Assembly (NCBI GenBank): GCA_035221665.1
Contig: CM069161.1
Location: 6,200,001 to 6,264,000 of the forward strand
From: Okamejei kenojei
Taxonomy: Eukaryota
DNA: 64,000 nt
Direction: 5' to 3'
The notes beneath the pieces are model-generated. The model was not told where the DNA came from and did no database searches. It saw only the letters and a list, made by a program, of their open reading frames with translations. Position numbers and translations under genes: made by a program. Positions 61,171 to 64,000 of the stretch are shown here, in pieces. The first letter of the stretch is position 1; each line of letters opens with the position of its first letter.

Positions 61171-62031
61171 TTACTGTCTTGCACCTCTGCCAAACACCTC
61201 CCAGTAATTCCAACACATTTAAATGAACTTTACGAACAGGCATAAATAAAACAGGATGCTGCAAATATTCCAAACCATCTTTAGGACTTTTACAAGCCAA
61301 GTATATAAACAATATACGGTGGCGCAGAGGTAGAGCGGCTGCCTGACAGCGCTTGCAGCGCCGGAGACCTGCACGTCTTTGGAGTGTGGCGGAAACCGGA
61401 GATCCCGGAGAAAACCCACGCGGTCAGGGGGAGAACGTACAAACTCCGTACAGACAGCACCGGTTGTCAGGATCGAACCCGGGTCTCTGGCCATGCGAGG
61501 CAGCACCTCCCTCCATGGGTTAGGACAATAAATACTGGCCTTCCCAGCAATGTTTAATTCCCATAAATAAAAAAAAATATATACCCTTTTGATTAGAGAG
61601 ATCAGTAGCAATATTTACTGACAGTCAATCCAGGTGAATGCACTCACTGTCCCGTGAAGGAATTAGTTCCCTTGCCTCCTCTATTCATCACTAGTCCCTC
61701 TGGGACACGGTAAATGGCTTCACTTTGTCAATACTGCATTATTTTCTCAGTTACAATATCGCAGTGTTTGTACACGCTGTCTCCCAGGTAAATCAGTGGC
61801 TTATTGGTGAGACAGTGGCTTGACAAGTATCATTAAGCCGACTGAGTGCACTAAAAGGTAATCCTAATAACCAACTGATTTTCTCAGAAACAGAATTATT
61901 AAACAGAATTCTAGAAATTGTTCCAATGTTTTCCTCCATTAGTTAAAAGTAGATCACATTTTGAAAAGATCATCTTTGCCCTTGTGTTAAATGAGGTCCC
62001 AGGGAGCTTTAAGGTCAGAAGCCGACCGTAC

Positions 62032-62360
62032 TTTAGTTTAGTTTAGTTTAGTTCTAGAGATCCAGTGTGGAAACAGGCCCTTTGGCCCACCGGGTCTGCA
62101 CCAACCAGCGCTCCCCGCATAGTAACACTATCCTACACACACTAGGGACAATTTTTACATTTGCCAAGCCAATTAACCTGCAAGCCTGCACATCTTTGGA
62201 GTGTGGGAGGAAACCGAAGATGTAGGAGAAAACCCACGCAGGTCAAAGGGAGAACGCACAAACTCCGTACAGACAGCGCCCGTAGTCGGGATCGAACCTG
62301 GGTCTCCAATGCTGCAAGCGCTGTAAGGCAGCAACTCTACCGCTGCGCCACCATACCACC
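62032..62360 (-). mobile_element. HE1-type V-SINE, full length
   Basis: From the (TTTAG)n tail to the head GCTGCGCCACC. Confidence 0.87.
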
Positions 62361-62632
62361 CAGAGAATGGAGTTATGGTAATGGGGACTGCGATACTGCA
62401 GCATGCGGTACTGAGAGGAGGAGAGCAGGAAGGTCGGAGCACAAGAGAGGGAAGAGTTGTGACTGGAGGCAGAAACACTTGTACTTTATACAACCTCATT
62501 TGTGATTCTTGGCCAACACAGTGTGAGAAGCAAGAATTCAAGCACTCAGTCTGAAACACAGCATCTCCCCCCACCCACCCACATAACATTGCCTGTCTGT
62601 TCCCTCCCCACAGTTGCTGCCTGACCTTGAGC

Positions 62633-63080
62633 TAGAGAGTCATACAGCATGAAAACAGGCCCTTCGGCCCAACTTGTCCATGCCGACCAAGATGCCCCAT
62701 CTGCATGAGTTTGGCATATATCCCTCTAAACCCATCCTATCCATATACTTGTGCAAATGTCATTTAAATGGTGTTATAGTCCCTGCCTCAACTATCTCCT
62801 CTGGCAGCTCGTTCCATGTACCCACCACCCTCTGTGTGAAAAAGTTGCTCTCAGATTCCCACTATATCTATCCCCTCTCACCTTAAACCTATGTCCTCTG
62901 GTTGTTGATTCAACTACTCTGGGCAAAAGACTATGCGCATTCACCCTATCTATTCCTCTCATGATGTTATACACCTTTATAAGATCACCCCTCATCCTCC
63001 TGCGCTTCAAGGAATAGAGACCCAGCCTGCCCAAACCCTCCTTATAGCTCAGGCCGTGGAGCCCAGGTGACATCCTCAAC
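62633..63080 (-). mobile_element. CR1 3' fragment
   Basis: LSYKEGLGRLGLYSLKRRRMRGDLIKVY...TRGHRFKV. Confidence 0.88.
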
Positions 63081-64000
63081 ACTTTGTGTTTTACTAAAGA
63101 TGCCAGCATCTGCAGTTCCTTGTACATCTATTTTTGAGACATTGCCTGAGGATTGTTCAAGGTTCTTCTCTAGTAATCTATGGTTGTCCAGTTTGTCGAA
63201 GCAAAAGGTGGGATTGGCAGAATGTGAATCAGGTTTGGAGGTGTCGTTGCAGCACCTGGGTCTTTGAAGAGAGGGGCACAGCTTGAAAGTACCTTGTCTA
63301 TCAGCTGGGAGACAAGTTCTTAACATTAATTGTAAGAATAGACTTTCAGGCCAGCCGACCCATGAATTGGTGCCAAATAAATTATTGGCTCAGTGACCTA
63401 GGAAACCGTCTCCGAGCTGTAGAGTCACACAGGCCCTCCAGCCCAACATGCCCACGTTGACCAACATGTCCCATCTACACGAGTCCTACCTGCCTCCATT
63501 AGGTCCAGATCCCTCTAAACCTGTCCTATCCCGTCTAAATGTTTCTTAAATGTTGTGATAGTACCTGCCTCAACTACCCCCTCTGGCAGCTCGTTCCATG
63601 CACCCACCACCCATTGTGTGAAAAAAGTTACCTCTCAGGTTCCTATTAAATCTTTGCCCCCTCACCTTGAAGTTACAAGTTCACGAGTAGAATTAGGCCA
63701 TTCGGCCCGTCGAGTCTACTATGCAATTCGATCATGGCTGATCTCTGCCTCCTAATCCCATTTTCCTGCCTGCTCCCCATAACCCTTGACACCCGTTCAA
63801 TTCAAGAATTTGATTCTTGATTTAGTTAGTTTGAAGGAAGGGAGTGGATGTAGGATGAATCAGAGTTGCAAGATGTTTAGCAATCGGAAAGTGCCAGGAA
63901 GAGAGTAAATCAGAAACTGGGCAGACTCAAAAAAAAAAAAAAAAAAAAATTGTTATACAAAGCTTTGTGTGGCAATGTTACAAATAATTTGTAAATTTAC

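Noticed and set aside
7265-62360. tRNA genes suggested by A/B boxes (GGTGGCGCAG, GGTTCGATCC)
   Set aside because: All are SINE heads continuing into V-domain and CR1-like tails; none forms a full cloverleaf.

Overview
Vertebrate genomic DNA that is almost entirely interspersed repeat, with one 161-nt assembly gap. The repeat set (HER1/CR1 LINE 3' ends, HE1-type V-SINEs, Deu-domain SINEs, Penelope-derived short repeats) points to a cartilaginous fish, probably a skate or ray; this is an inference. No host protein-coding gene can be supported, and almost every listed ORF is a transposon fragment or noise. Recognisable elements are many CR1 and Rex1/Babar fragments, two IR/DR Tc1 copies, two non-autonomous hAT elements with 8-bp TSDs, five PIF/Harbinger-type MITEs, and Gypsy, RTE, Tx1 and Vingi fragments. 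The most interesting signal is catalytic RNA. (1) Four short (124-184 bp) TSD-flanked retroposons from three sequence families each begin with an HDV-like ribozyme fold. In the three full-length copies the predicted cleavage site is the first base of the element. All end in a stem-loop, ACG and an AG-rich tail like the nearby Vingi fragment, and one resembles the mammalian CPEB3 ribozyme closely. (2) Many minimal hammerhead motifs lie in Penelope-derived, often palindromic repeats. Boundaries of degraded repeats are approximate; TSD-defined boundaries were counted base by base.
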